Shown here piece after piece: positions 28,593-38,481 of a stretch of 64,000 nt of DNA. Made by a program: the position numbers and the translations under genes. Positions within the stretch are counted from its first letter, which is position 1. The number at the start of each line of letters is the position of its first letter. Below the pieces are notes generated by a model that was given only the letters and a program-made list of their open reading frames with translations, did no database searches and was not told the DNA's origin. This DNA comes from an uncultured Actinomycetota bacterium (GTDB taxonomy: Bacteria > Actinomycetota > UBA4738 > HRBIN12). The stretch covers positions 357,296 through 421,295 of the forward strand of contig CAVVSH010000015.1 in the NCBI GenBank assembly GCA_963750945.1, given 5' to 3'.

Positions 28593-29472
28593 TGATGTGG
28601 ATACTGACGTCGTGACGCCGGATCCCGCAGGGACGGACGAGGAGGCGGTCGTGAGCGTCGACACGAGCGCCGGATCGACCGCCGCGAACGATGCGAACCC
28701 GCTGATCTTCGACATCAGCGGCTTAGCCGTGTATTACGGCGACTTCAAGGCCGTGCGGGACATCACTTTGCCGATCCGCGAGCGGGAGATCACCGCCCTG
28801 ATCGGGCCATCGGGTTGCGGGAAATCCACGGTGCTGCGTTCGTTCAATCGGATGAACGATCTGATCGAGAATGCTCGGGTCGAAGGCACGATCCTCTACC
28901 ACGGCGTGGACCTCTACGACGAGCGCGTGGACCCGGTCGAGGTGCGTCGACGGATCGGGATGGTGTTCCAGAAACCCAATCCGTTCCCGAAGTCGATCTA
29001 CGACAACGTCGCCTTCGGTCCGAGGATTGCCGGTTTCAAGGGAAACATGGACGACCTCGTCGAGGAGTCGCTCAATCGTGCGGCCCTGTGGGACGAGGTG
29101 AGGAGGAAGGTCAAGGACTCGGCCATGGCGCTCTCGGGCGGCCAGCAGCAGCGCCTGTGCATCGCGCGGGCGATCGCCACGAAGCCCGACGTGATCCTGA
29201 TGGACGAGCCGTGCTCGTCGCTGGACCCCATCGCCACCGCCAAGATCGAGGACCTGATGAGAGACCTCGTTTCCGAGTACACGATCGTGATCGTCACGCA
29301 CAACATGCAGCAGGCGGCGCGTGTCTCCGACCGGACCGCGTTCTTCACCGTCGACGTCGCCGACGACGGGCATCGCACGGGCAACATCGTGGAGTTCGAC
29401 CGGACGGAGACGATCTTCACCAACCCATCCGATCAACGCACGGAGGACTACGTCACGGGGAGGTTCGGATGA
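28576..29472 (+). CDS. pstB: Phosphate ABC ATPase PstB
   Basis: [55 protein letters not shown]. Confidence 0.97.
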   Translation: MNGSGDDVDTDVVTPDPAGTDEEAVVSVDTSAGSTAANDANPLIFDISGLAVYYGDFKAVRDITLPIREREITALIGPSGCGKSTVLRSFNRMNDLIENARVEGTILYHGVDLYDERVDPVEVRRRIGMVFQKPNPFPKSIYDNVAFGPRIAGFKGNMDDLVEESLNRAALWDEVRRKVKDSAMALSGGQQQRLCIARAIATKPDVILMDEPCSSLDPIATAKIEDLMRDLVSEYTIVIVTHNMQQAARVSDRTAFFTVDVADDGHRTGNIVEFDRTETIFTNPSDQRTEDYVTGRFG

Positions 29473-30161
29473 CCCGAGAGCACTTCCACGAGCAGCTCGA
29501 GCGCTTGGAGCTGCAATTCCTGTCGATGGGGGAGCTCGCGTCGGCGGCCGTGCAGCGCTCCGTCGAAGCGCTCGTACAACACGACGATGCCAAAGCGCAG
29601 GGCGTGATCGACGACGATGACGCCATCGACGACCTCTACCTCCAGATCGACCACGACCTTTTGGAGATGCTCGCGCTGCAATCGCCGGTCGCGACACAGC
29701 TGCGGCTCGTCTCGGCGATCCTCCACAGCTGTCTCCACCTGGAGCGGATCGGCGATCAGGCCGTGAACATCGCGAAGCTCTATCTCGCGGCCGGCGACCT
29801 GCCTCCCAGCCACAGCTTGGTTCAGCAGCTCGACGAGATGGGTGCGCACGTCGTCGCGATGATCCGTACCGCCTTGGAGGCTTTCCGCACGCGAGACCTG
29901 GAACTCTGTCTGAAGCTGCCGGCGATGGACGACCCGGTGGATCGGCTCAATCGCGGCACGCACCTCGAGGCGCTGAAGCTGGCCGACGATCCCCGCGCAT
30001 TGGACTGGGGTCTGCACATGAACCTCGCGGCTCGCGCACTGGAGCGCGTCGGCGACAACGCGGTGGATATCGCCGAGCAGGTGGGTTTCTTGATCACGGG
30101 AGAGTTCCGCGAGTTCACCGATGCTTCTCACGAAGTGCCGGCCGCGGAGGCGGATGCGTGA
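29469..30161 (+). CDS. phoU: Phosphate signalling protein PhoU
   Basis: [48 protein letters not shown]. Confidence 0.95.
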   Translation: MTREHFHEQLERLELQFLSMGELASAAVQRSVEALVQHDDAKAQGVIDDDDAIDDLYLQIDHDLLEMLALQSPVATQLRLVSAILHSCLHLERIGDQAVNIAKLYLAAGDLPPSHSLVQQLDEMGAHVVAMIRTALEAFRTRDLELCLKLPAMDDPVDRLNRGTHLEALKLADDPRALDWGLHMNLAARALERVGDNAVDIAEQVGFLITGEFREFTDASHEVPAAEADA

Positions 30162-30859
30162 CGGAGGACGCCCCGGCCGCCCGGATCCTCGTGGTGGAGG
30201 ATGAGGAGTCGCTGGCGGATACCGTGCGCTACAACCTCGAGCGCGAGGGCTACGTCGTGGCCGTCGCCGCCGACGGCAGGAAGGCGTTGGAGCGCTTCCG
30301 CAGCGAGGGTCCGTCCCTCGTGATCCTCGATCTCATGTTGCCCGAGATGTCCGGGCTCGACGTCTGCAGGCAGATCCGACAGATCTCCAACGTCCCCATC
30401 ATCATGGTCACCGCGAAGGACTCGGAGGCCGACAAGGTCTCCGGCCTCGAGCTCGGCGCCGATGACTACGTGACGAAGCCGTTCTCGGTCCGCGAGCTCG
30501 TGTCTCGCGTGCGGGCCCATCTGCGCAGGGCGGGGATGCGTGCAACCGAACCCGAGGAGGACGTCCTCAGCGGAGGTCCGGTGTCCCTCGACGTCGCGAA
30601 GCACGAGGTCCTCGTCCGGGGCGAGACGGTCGGGTTCCCTCCCAAGGAGTTCGAGCTGCTCGAGGCGTTCCTCCGACGGCAGGGTCGGCTCCTCACGCGC
30701 GACTTCCTCATCGAGGAGGTATGGGGCGCAGGCTATTTCGGTGATACGAAGACACTCGACGTCCACGTGAAGAGGATCCGGAAGAAGGTGGAGCAGGATC
30801 CGCACCTCCCCAAACACCTCGTCACCGTGAGGGGCCTCGGCTACAAGTTCATCGGCTGA
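30158..30859 (+). CDS. regX3: OmpR-family response regulator, RegX3/PhoP-like
   Basis: LVVEDE, LDLMLP, VTAK, GADDYVTKPF, wHTH VWG...DTKTLDVHVKRIRKK. Confidence 0.9.
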   Translation: MTEDAPAARILVVEDEESLADTVRYNLEREGYVVAVAADGRKALERFRSEGPSLVILDLMLPEMSGLDVCRQIRQISNVPIIMVTAKDSEADKVSGLELGADDYVTKPFSVRELVSRVRAHLRRAGMRATEPEEDVLSGGPVSLDVAKHEVLVRGETVGFPPKEFELLEAFLRRQGRLLTRDFLIEEVWGAGYFGDTKTLDVHVKRIRKKVEQDPHLPKHLVTVRGLGYKFIG

Positions 30860-30953
30860 GCGGCCGTCACCGGATGCCCTTTCCCAGGAGGCTCCCCACC
30901 CCTATCGACCGACTAGCGACACGCCCGGCGAACCCGCTACCATCGTCGCTCCG

Positions 30954-33002
30954 ATGCAGGATGCCTTCCCCCGCACCGATCGTTTCCTCAACCGCGAGCT
31001 CTCGTGGCTGGAGTTCAACGACCGTGTGCTCGCCTTGGCCGAGGACCCATCGAATCGGCTTCTCGAGCGGGTGAAGTTCTTCGCGATCGTCGGTTCCAAC
31101 CTGGACGAGTTCTTCCAGGTGCGGGTCGCGGGCCTCCAGGAACAGCGGGAGGCGGGTGTCGGCCCCGCTTCGCCCGAGGGATCGACGCCCGAGGAGCAGC
31201 TCGCCGGCATCACGGCACGCGTGACCGAGCTCTACGACCGCACAGACTCGCTCTGGGTGGAGGAACTCCGTCCCGCGCTCGAGAAGGAGGGCGTGAGGCT
31301 CGTCGATTGGGCCGAGCTCGACGCCCCCGATCGCGAGCACCTCGGCGAACTCTTCCGCGAGCGCGTCTTCCCGGTCCTCACACCGCTCTCCGTCGATCCG
31401 GCGCACCCGTTCCCGTACATCTCCTCCCTCTCGCTCAACCTCGCGGCTCTCGTTCGCGACCCATCCAGCGGAGAACGGCGCTTCGCGCGCGTGAAGGTGC
31501 CGCCGCTGCTTCCCCGTTTCATCGAGATGCCGGACGGCGAGCGGTTCGTCCCGATCGAGCAGGTCATCGCGGCGCACTTGGAGGTCCTGTTCCCGGGGAT
31601 GGAGATCGTCGGTCATTCGGCCTTCCGACTCACCCGAGACGCGGACTTCGAGCTGGAGGAGGAGGAGGGTGGGGATCTGCTCGAGGCGATCGAATCCGTC
31701 CTTCGACGCCGGCTCCGAGGTGCCACCCCGGTTCGGCTCGAGCTCGATGCGGCTTCGACCGAGGAGGTCCGAACACTCTTGGCGCGAGAGCTCGCGCTCC
31801 TTCCCGACGAGGTCTTCGTCGTGGAGGGGCTGCTCGACCCCTCGGCGCTGTGGTCCCTCTACGAGCTCGATCGTCCAGAGCTGAAGGACGACCCCTGGAC
31901 CCCCGTGACCCAGCCGCGCCTGGAGGGCATCGAAGACTACTTCGAGGTCATCTCGAAAGGCGATCTCCTCGTCCACCATCCGTACGATTCGTTCGAGACA
32001 TCCGTCGAGGCCTTCATCGAACAGGCGGCGCAGGATCCGACCGTTCTCGCGATCAAGCTCGCGCTCTACCGCACGTCCGAGGAGAGCCCGATCGTCCGCG
32101 CGTTGGTCCGTGCCGCCGAGACCGGGAAGCAGGTCGTGGCACTCGTCGAGCTCCAGGCGCGCTTCGACGAGCGAGCCAACATCACGCAGGCTCGGACGCT
32201 GGAGCAGGCGGGCGTGCACGTCGTATACGGCATCGTGGGACTGAAGACGCACGCCAAGGTGTGCCTGATCGTCCGGCGCGAGGTCTCCGGCCTCCGTCGC
32301 TACGCACATGTCGGCACCGGCAACTACAACCCGAGCACCGCCCGCCTCTACGAAGACGTCGGCCTGCTGACCGCCGACCCCGAGCTCGGTGCGGACCTGA
32401 GCGACCTCTTCAATCTGCTCACCGGCTACAGTCGTCAGCAGACCTATCGTCGCCTCTTGGTCGCGCCCAGCGACCTCAAACAGAGGCTGATCGAGCTGAT
32501 CCGCGCGGAGGCGGCGGCGGGAGACGGGTCCATCGTTCTGAAGATGAACAGCCTGGTGGATGCGGAGATGATCGACGCGCTCTACGAGGCCTCGCGCGCG
32601 GGGGTCGCGATCGACCTGATCGTCCGAGGGATCTGCTGCCTCCGGCCGGGTGTGCCCGGTCTGTCCGACACCATCCGAGTGAAGTCGATCGTGGGCCGGT
32701 ACCTCGAGCATTCGCGGATCTTCCGATTCGGGAGCCGCGAGCGCGGCTACCAGCACTTCATCGGTTCCGCGGATCTCATGCCACGGAACCTCGAGCGACG
32801 CGTCGAGGTCACGGTTCCGGTGCTCGATCCGACCTTGTGTGAGCGCCTCGACCAGATCCTCCGCGCCGGGTTGGAGGACGATGTGCTCGCGTGGGACCTC
32901 GGATCCGACGGTGTGTGGACGAAGGTGGAGACGGAGCGTGGGGTGAGCACGCAACAGCGGCTCATGCAGGTCGCCGTCGAGCGTGGGGAGAGCCGTCGAT
33001 GA
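30954..33002 (+). CDS. ppk1: Polyphosphate kinase 1
   Basis: NRELSWLEFNDRV, HPFPYIS, HHPYDSF, LYRTS, ARFDE, LKTHAK, HVGTGNYN, GRYLEHSRI, GSADLMPRNLERRVE. Confidence 0.98.
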   Translation: MQDAFPRTDRFLNRELSWLEFNDRVLALAEDPSNRLLERVKFFAIVGSNLDEFFQVRVAGLQEQREAGVGPASPEGSTPEEQLAGITARVTELYDRTDSLWVEELRPALEKEGVRLVDWAELDAPDREHLGELFRERVFPVLTPLSVDPAHPFPYISSLSLNLAALVRDPSSGERRFARVKVPPLLPRFIEMPDGERFVPIEQVIAAHLEVLFPGMEIVGHSAFRLTRDADFELEEEEGGDLLEAIESVLRRRLRGATPVRLELDAASTEEVRTLLARELALLPDEVFVVEGLLDPSALWSLYELDRPELKDDPWTPVTQPRLEGIEDYFEVISKGDLLVHHPYDSFETSVEAFIEQAAQDPTVLAIKLALYRTSEESPIVRALVRAAETGKQVVALVELQARFDERANITQARTLEQAGVHVVYGIVGLKTHAKVCLIVRREVSGLRRYAHVGTGNYNPSTARLYEDVGLLTADPELGADLSDLFNLLTGYSRQQTYRRLLVAPSDLKQRLIELIRAEAAAGDGSIVLKMNSLVDAEMIDALYEASRAGVAIDLIVRGICCLRPGVPGLSDTIRVKSIVGRYLEHSRIFRFGSRERGYQHFIGSADLMPRNLERRVEVTVPVLDPTLCERLDQILRAGLEDDVLAWDLGSDGVWTKVETERGVSTQQRLMQVAVERGESRR

Positions 33003-33940
33003 CCGACCGAGATGCGATGACGCTGGCGCTCGCGGCACAGGTGGAGCTCGAGCTGGACCACCTCACGCGACTCGCCGAAGAAGCGACCGCGCTCGACGTC
33101 ATCCGGTCCGCGATCGCCGGTTCCACGATCAAGCTCGTATCGAACGACGCGGTCGTCCGACTCGGTGAGGACCCTGAAGGTGTCCACAAGGCACGGGTCG
33201 CAGCTCGGCGGCTGCGCTCGGACCTCCGAACGTTCCGACCGCTCCTCGACCGAGAGTGGGCAGAGCCCCTGCGAGCCGAGCTCAGTTGGCTAGGTCGACT
33301 CCTGGGGCCGGTTCGTGATGCGGAGGTGCTCGGAGCCAGGCTCCGGCGACGGGTCGCGGGGATGGCGGGCCTCGAGGTGGCGTCGGCGAAGGTCCTCCTC
33401 GACGGCCTCGAGAGCGATCGTCTCGCGGGCCGGCGCCGGCTTCTGGAGGGCCTTCGTTCGCGAAGGTACCAGGAGCTCGTCGTGCGGCTCGTCCGCGCCG
33501 CCCGCGAGCCGGGGGCGAGCAGCGAGCGGGTGGGATGGCCTGCCGCGACCACGGGAACGCTCATGAAGCGACCGTGGGCGAAGCTGTCCGGGAGCGCCAC
33601 GACGCTGGGCGCCGGCTCGAGCGACGCGGCACTGCACGCCACCCGGATCGATACGAAGCGGGTGCGCTACGGGGCTGAGGCCCTCGTCCCCGTGTTCGGG
33701 AAGGGGGCGGCTCGCTTCGCCTCTGTGGCGGAGGCCCTGCAGGAGGTGCTCGGCGAGCATCAGGACGGCGTCGTGGCGATGGCCTGGCTCGCGGACCGGG
33801 GGATGGAGGCCGACGACCAGGCGGTGGCGTTCACCGCCGGACGCCTCGCGGAGCTGGAAACCGCCTCGCGCGACCGGGCGAGAGAGGCATGGCCGAAGGC
33901 ATGGAAGCGCCTCGAGCGAAGGAAGCGCTTCTGGACGTGA
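32999..33940 (+). CDS. CHAD domain protein (polyP-binding)
   Basis: VHKARVAARRLRS, LGPVRDAEV, LHATRIDTKRVRY, LQEVLGEHQD. Confidence 0.9.
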   Translation: MTDRDAMTLALAAQVELELDHLTRLAEEATALDVIRSAIAGSTIKLVSNDAVVRLGEDPEGVHKARVAARRLRSDLRTFRPLLDREWAEPLRAELSWLGRLLGPVRDAEVLGARLRRRVAGMAGLEVASAKVLLDGLESDRLAGRRRLLEGLRSRRYQELVVRLVRAAREPGASSERVGWPAATTGTLMKRPWAKLSGSATTLGAGSSDAALHATRIDTKRVRYGAEALVPVFGKGAARFASVAEALQEVLGEHQDGVVAMAWLADRGMEADDQAVAFTAGRLAELETASRDRAREAWPKAWKRLERRKRFWT

Positions 33941-34884
33941 GCGAGGTTCGTGCGGCGGGCGGGGTCGTACGTCGCCGTGAAGACGGACGTGTGCACACCG
34001 TGCTCGTGCATCGCCCTCGCTACGACGACTGGACGTTGCCGAAGGGCAAGCTGCTCGACGGCGAGTCCTTCGAAGAGGCGGCGACACGCGAAGTGCGGGA
34101 GGAGACCGGACTCGAATGCCGGATGGACGGCGAGCTGCCGGCCTCCCGATACACGGACCAGCATGGCGCGTCGAAGGTGGTCCGCTACTGGCTGATGGAA
34201 GCGCTCGACGGCCATGACCTCCACCCGACGGACGAGGTGGATGAAGCGAAGTGGTTCACGATCTCAGAGGCACGGGACGTCCTCACCTACGACCGTGACC
34301 GAGCGGTGCTCGACGCAGCGACCACGGCCGATGCTCCCGCGTTCCTCCTCCGGCATGCGAAGGCGGGCGATCGGAGCACGTGGTCGGGAGACGATCTCTC
34401 GAGACCGCTCTCTAAGACCGGGCGCCGCCAGGCCAAGGCGCTCGTGCACGTGCTGTCGAGCAGCGTGATCGAGAGGATCTTGAGCAGTCCGGCGGTTCGG
34501 TGCGTGGAGTCGGTGGAACCGCTCGCAGAGCAGCGGGGGCTCCCGATCGAGCCCCGCGACGAGCTGCGGGAAGGAGCACCGCTCGACGGCCTGCTCGAGC
34601 TGCTCGACGAGCTTCGGTCGACACCGTCGGTTCTGTGCGGCCATGGAGACATGATCCCGGTGGTCATCGAGCATCTCGAGGCGAAGGGCACGGTCGTCGG
34701 AACGGAGCGTGGCTGGAAGAAGGGGTCGATCTGGGTGTTGGAGCGCGAGGCCGGCCTCGTCGTGCGTGCGACGTACGTCCCGCCGCCACCCGTCGACCGC
34801 AAGCCTCGTGCTCGCGATCGGGAGTCCTCGGTCAAGCGCCGGGGGTCATCAGTCACCGCCGAGCCCCCTAGGCGAAACCCCTAG
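33937..34884 (+). CDS. mutT1: Nudix hydrolase fused to histidine-phosphatase domain (MutT1-like)
   Basis: RPRYDDWTLPKGK, Nudix box GESFEEAATREVREETG, then LLRHAKA...SSPAVRCVES...CGHG. Confidence 0.88.
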   Translation: MSEVRAAGGVVRRREDGRVHTVLVHRPRYDDWTLPKGKLLDGESFEEAATREVREETGLECRMDGELPASRYTDQHGASKVVRYWLMEALDGHDLHPTDEVDEAKWFTISEARDVLTYDRDRAVLDAATTADAPAFLLRHAKAGDRSTWSGDDLSRPLSKTGRRQAKALVHVLSSSVIERILSSPAVRCVESVEPLAEQRGLPIEPRDELREGAPLDGLLELLDELRSTPSVLCGHGDMIPVVIEHLEAKGTVVGTERGWKKGSIWVLEREAGLVVRATYVPPPPVDRKPRARDRESSVKRRGSSVTAEPPRRNP

Positions 34885-35300
34885 GAGGGAGCTGCTTTCG
34901 AGCCCTTCGTCAGCGCGTGGATCTCTTTCGTGAGCTCCAGGATCTGACGAGAGATGGTGATGAGCTCCTCGTTCTGGTGCTCCTCCACCTGGACCGTCTG
35001 CCATTGATGTTCCGCGAGCTCGGCGCGCTTCTCGTCGGCGCGGTTCTGACTGATCATCACGAACGTCGAGAGGAAGATGGCCTCCAGGGACACGATCATC
35101 GTCAGCAGCCCGTAGGGGTAGCTCTCCACGCCGAAGCCGATCCACGCGGCGAACCAGGCGATGTGCAGGTAGACGAACGGCATCGAGCCGGCGAACTCGG
35201 TGATCGCATCGGCGATCCGGTTCTGCAGGCTCCGACTCCGCTCCTCCGCCGACCTCGCCAAGACTGGATGGGTCCAAGCGGTCCTGGGTCGCCGCGCCAT
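34881..35300 (-). CDS. DUF1003 membrane protein
   Basis: ADAITEFAGSMPFV, YPYGLLTMIVSLEAIFLSTFVMISQNR. Confidence 0.9.
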   Translation of the reverse strand: MARRPRTAWTHPVLARSAEERSRSLQNRIADAITEFAGSMPFVYLHIAWFAAWIGFGVESYPYGLLTMIVSLEAIFLSTFVMISQNRADEKRAELAEHQWQTVQVEEHQNEELITISRQILELTKEIHALTKGSKAAPS

Positions 35301-35413
35301 CTGGCTCCTCTCCTCTCTGGCCTCCGCCGGTCGCGCGCTCAAGGCTAGGCCCCCGACGTCGCCGGCCGGGGATATCGCCTCGGCTCGAGGCCGCGCCGGT
35401 TACGCTCCCGGCG

Positions 35414-36391
35414 ATGGAGGCACACGTGATCCGCGATGGGGTCATCGAGGCCGACGCGGTACCCGTGAGTGATCTCCGGAGCACGGTGGAGGGGCTCGAC
35501 GGGGCGTCCTGGGTTTGGATCGACGCAGTCGATCCGAACCAGGAGGACGTCGGGGAGATCCAGCGGCAGCTGGATCTGCACGATCTCGCCGTGGAAGACG
35601 TCGGCCAGCGGAACCAGCGCCCCAAGCTGGACCTCTACCCCGGGCACGTCTTCGTGGTGTTCCGTCCACTCACCCTCGGAGCGGACGGCGTCGCCGGATC
35701 CGAGCTCTTCGTGTTCGCCTCGCCTCGGTTCCTGGTGACGCTCCGGTTCGCTCCCGCCTTCGACCTCGCGAAGGCGAAGAAGAGGTGGCCGATCGTGTGC
35801 TCCCTTGCCCCCGGCACCGGAGCGGCCTTGTACGCGATCGCGGATGAGATCGTCGATGAGTACCTCGAGGTGATCGAGGAGCTGGAGGAGCGCGCGGACG
35901 AGCTCGAGAGCGTGGTCTTCCGGTCCGACCCGGAGCAGCCCTCGACGGGACCTTCGCTGCAGATCGAGATCCTCCGACTCCGGCGAGACGCGGTGCAGCT
36001 CCGTCGCCATGCAGTGCCGACGCGTCAGTTGATCGATCGGCTCTCCGACGACTCCGATCTCGTGACGCCGCCGCTCGTCCCGTACTTACGGGACATCACG
36101 GACCATCTGCTTCGTACGATCGAGCTCACCGACGGCGTGCGCGAGATCCTCACCACGGTCGTGGACATCCGGATGGCCCAGACGGCCCATCAGCTGAACG
36201 AGGTGATGAAGAAGCTCACGGCCTGGGCCGCGATCATTCTTGTCCCGACCCTGATCGCGGGCATCTACGGGATGAACTTCCGGCACATGCCCGAGGTCCG
36301 CTGGGTATCCGGATATCCGCTCGCCCTCGGGCTGATGGTGGTGTCCTCGATCTGGCTCTACGTCGGCTTCCGGAAGCGAGGCTGGCTCTAG
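35414..36391 (+). CDS. corA: CorA Mg2+/Co2+ transporter
   Basis: HDLAVED...QRPKLD, PYLRDITDH, NEVMKKLT, PTLIAGIYGMNF. Confidence 0.96.
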   Translation: MEAHVIRDGVIEADAVPVSDLRSTVEGLDGASWVWIDAVDPNQEDVGEIQRQLDLHDLAVEDVGQRNQRPKLDLYPGHVFVVFRPLTLGADGVAGSELFVFASPRFLVTLRFAPAFDLAKAKKRWPIVCSLAPGTGAALYAIADEIVDEYLEVIEELEERADELESVVFRSDPEQPSTGPSLQIEILRLRRDAVQLRRHAVPTRQLIDRLSDDSDLVTPPLVPYLRDITDHLLRTIELTDGVREILTTVVDIRMAQTAHQLNEVMKKLTAWAAIILVPTLIAGIYGMNFRHMPEVRWVSGYPLALGLMVVSSIWLYVGFRKRGWL

Positions 36392-36393
36392 CG

Positions 36394-36762
36394 GTGTGCC
36401 GGGCGGTCAAGGTGCTCTGTGTCGCGACGGACGACGAGGCGCTCCGGGCGCTCCGACACGCGACGACGGCCGTCGAATGGGAGCTCACGTCGGGCGCGAC
36501 CAACGAGACCGATGCGCTCGGAGTGATCGACGCCGAGCGACCGCATGCGGTGGTGGTGTTCGGGAGCTTCGAGGCGTTGGTCGCGCTCGTCAGGGATCGG
36601 TTCCCCGCGATGCGGATCGTGACCGACCGGGACGCGCCCGGGACGAGCGCGGTGGCCTCCTCACGTGATGACGTGCGGGAGGTCCTCCGCTCGCTCGCTC
36701 GCCCGGGCGGTCCGATCGTGGAAGGTTCCGGCGCTCAGCCTCCCCAGGGGGACCAGCCGTAG
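36394..36762 (+). CDS. Small hypothetical protein, stand-alone receiver-like fold lacking the phospho-Asp
   Basis: KVLCVATD...DALGVIDAERPHAVVVFG...RDRFPAMRIV resembles a receiver beta/alpha pattern; starts 2 nt after corA. Confidence 0.55.
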   Translation: MCRAVKVLCVATDDEALRALRHATTAVEWELTSGATNETDALGVIDAERPHAVVVFGSFEALVALVRDRFPAMRIVTDRDAPGTSAVASSRDDVREVLRSLARPGGPIVEGSGAQPPQGDQP

Positions 36763-37175
36763 CGCCTCACCATGCGCATCGCCACGAAGATGTTGGCCCG
36801 AGCGTTGAACGCGGACCAATTCTCGAAGCCGAACTCCTCTGCACGGCCATCCCAGTACTTCAGGAGGTGCTGGTAGATCCCAGCGGCTCTCCCATATGCG
36901 TTGTAGGCGCTCGGCCGATATCGGGACTCTCGCCAGGCGATGTAGAGAGCCTTCCGTTGGCTCACTCCGTGATACGAAGCGGCGCAGCGGATCAGCTGTT
37001 TGACGTGCCATGTGCTCTGTCGCCAGTCGATCGGGCAGATCCTCGACGAGATGGTGCGTACGTCGTCTCGCTGGATCATCGCCTGCGATGTCGTGGCGGC
37101 GGGGAAGCTCATGATGACGGCGGTCAGGATCGATGCCGCGACGAGGGCGCGGCTCTTCCGGATCATCGTGGTCAT
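36735..37175 (-). CDS. Secreted lysozyme-like / SLT (Rpf-like) lytic transglycosylase
   Basis: Signal peptide, then IAWRESRY (catalytic Glu), AAGIYQ, NARANIFVA, GWSPWG. Confidence 0.8.
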   Translation of the reverse strand: MTTMIRKSRALVAASILTAVIMSFPAATTSQAMIQRDDVRTISSRICPIDWRQSTWHVKQLIRCAASYHGVSQRKALYIAWRESRYRPSAYNAYGRAAGIYQHLLKYWDGRAEEFGFENWSAFNARANIFVAMRMVRRYGWSPWGG

Positions 37176-37542
37176 GGGCTGGATCACCCTCGCGGCGGAC
37201 GCGGCTGGTGGCCTCGTCCTGGACCGAACCGACGCGGATCGCTCCGCTGGGTCCTGCCCACCGCGCTAGGTCGTGGGTGTACGCATCACCTCCTGGTCTC
37301 GTCTTCTCTGTGCGACCTTCGTCGACCTCGATCCGAGCTCCCCTTCTCCCACGCATGAACGCACGCCAAACCACACCCTGGGAAGGTGGGAAGCGCGCGT
37401 CGTGCGCAGGAGGACCGGGCCACTCGGTCCGAAGCCGACAGCGACCACCCTAGCCCGACCTACCGACATCCGGCAACCGGGGCCTCCGGGCCCCGAGCGC
37501 CGGCCCCCCGGCCCGAAGGCCCCTCATAGGTACGATGGGTCC

Positions 37543-38481
37543 ATGGGAACGGTCCTGCTCGCGGCTCCTCGGGGATACTGCGCAGGGGTCGAACGAGCCG
37601 TGGATGCGGTCGAGCGAGCCCTCGAGATGCATGGAGGCCCCGTCTACGTTCGCAAGCAGATCGTGCATAACCTCCACGTGGTGCGCGACCTGGAGCGCAA
37701 AGGGGCCGTCTTCGTCGAGGAGCTCGATGAGGTGCCCGCGGCTGCGGTCGTGGTCCTGTCCGCTCACGGCTCGTCGCCGACGGTCCACGCCGATGCAGCG
37801 TCTCGCGGGCTCGAGCTCATCGACGCGACGTGTCCGCTGGTCACCAAGGTCCACCTCGAGGCGCGACGATTCGCCGAGGACGACCAGACCATCCTCCTGA
37901 TCGGCCACGCCGGCCACGAAGAGGTCGAAGGCACGAGCGGGCAGGCGCCCGACAGGACCATCCTGGTCCAGTCGATCGAGGAGGCGGAGCGTGTCGAGGT
38001 GCCCGATCCCTCCCGGCTCTCCTACCTCACCCAGACCACCCTGTCGGTCGACGAGACGAACGAGATCGTGGGTGTCCTCCGCGGCCGCTTTCCCGAGATC
38101 CAAGGCCCCCCTCGTGAGGACATCTGCTACGCAACGCAGAATCGCCAGGACGCCGTGAAAGAGGTCGTCCGCCGGGCCGACGTCGTGCTCGTGATCGGAT
38201 CCCGGAACTCCTCCAACTCGAATCGGCTGGCAGAGGTCAGCCGAGAGAGAGGAACGCCGGCCTATCTGGTGGACGACGAGACCGAGGTGGATCCGTCCTG
38301 GCTCGACGGCGCCGAGGTCGTCGGGCTGACGTCGGGCGCATCGGCGCCGGAGGTGCTGGTGACCCGGATGCTCGAGTGGCTGGCGGCGCGAGGCTTCGAT
38401 CGGGTGGAACAGGCGCTGATCACCGAGGAGAGCGTCCGGTTCGCGCTGCCCGCCGGCGTCCGAGCTACGACCGTTCGCTGA
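37543..38481 (+). CDS. ispH: 4-hydroxy-3-methylbut-2-enyl diphosphate reductase
   Basis: APRGYCAGV, QIVHN, SAHG, IDATCPLVTKVH, GHEEV, TQTTLS, DICYATQNRQ, GSRNSSNS, SGASAPE. Confidence 0.98.
   Translation: MGTVLLAAPRGYCAGVERAVDAVERALEMHGGPVYVRKQIVHNLHVVRDLERKGAVFVEELDEVPAAAVVVLSAHGSSPTVHADAASRGLELIDATCPLVTKVHLEARRFAEDDQTILLIGHAGHEEVEGTSGQAPDRTILVQSIEEAERVEVPDPSRLSYLTQTTLSVDETNEIVGVLRGRFPEIQGPPREDICYATQNRQDAVKEVVRRADVVLVIGSRNSSNSNRLAEVSRERGTPAYLVDDETEVDPSWLDGAEVVGLTSGASAPEVLVTRMLEWLAARGFDRVEQALITEESVRFALPAGVRATTVR

Noticed and set aside
34862-34890. CCCCTAGG direct repeat resembling the flp operator
   Set aside because: It lies at the overlapping 3' ends of two convergent genes, where an operator role is implausible.
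37176-37190. 16S rRNA fragment (GGCTGGATCACC on the + strand)
   Set aside because: Only 12 nt match, with no flanking rRNA similarity; explained as the SD region of the minus-strand gene.
37176-37452. c-di-AMP (ydaO) riboswitch expected before an Rpf-like gene
   Set aside because: Core GCYGAAUCC, GGGGACCCA and GUCAGCUAAC motifs were not found; kept only as an unknown structured leader.
37480-37520. 6C RNA-like C-rich hairpins (GGGGCCTCCGGGCCCC, GCCGGCCCCCCGGC)
   Set aside because: Short GC stems at the ispH promoter without two clear six-C loops; insufficient evidence.
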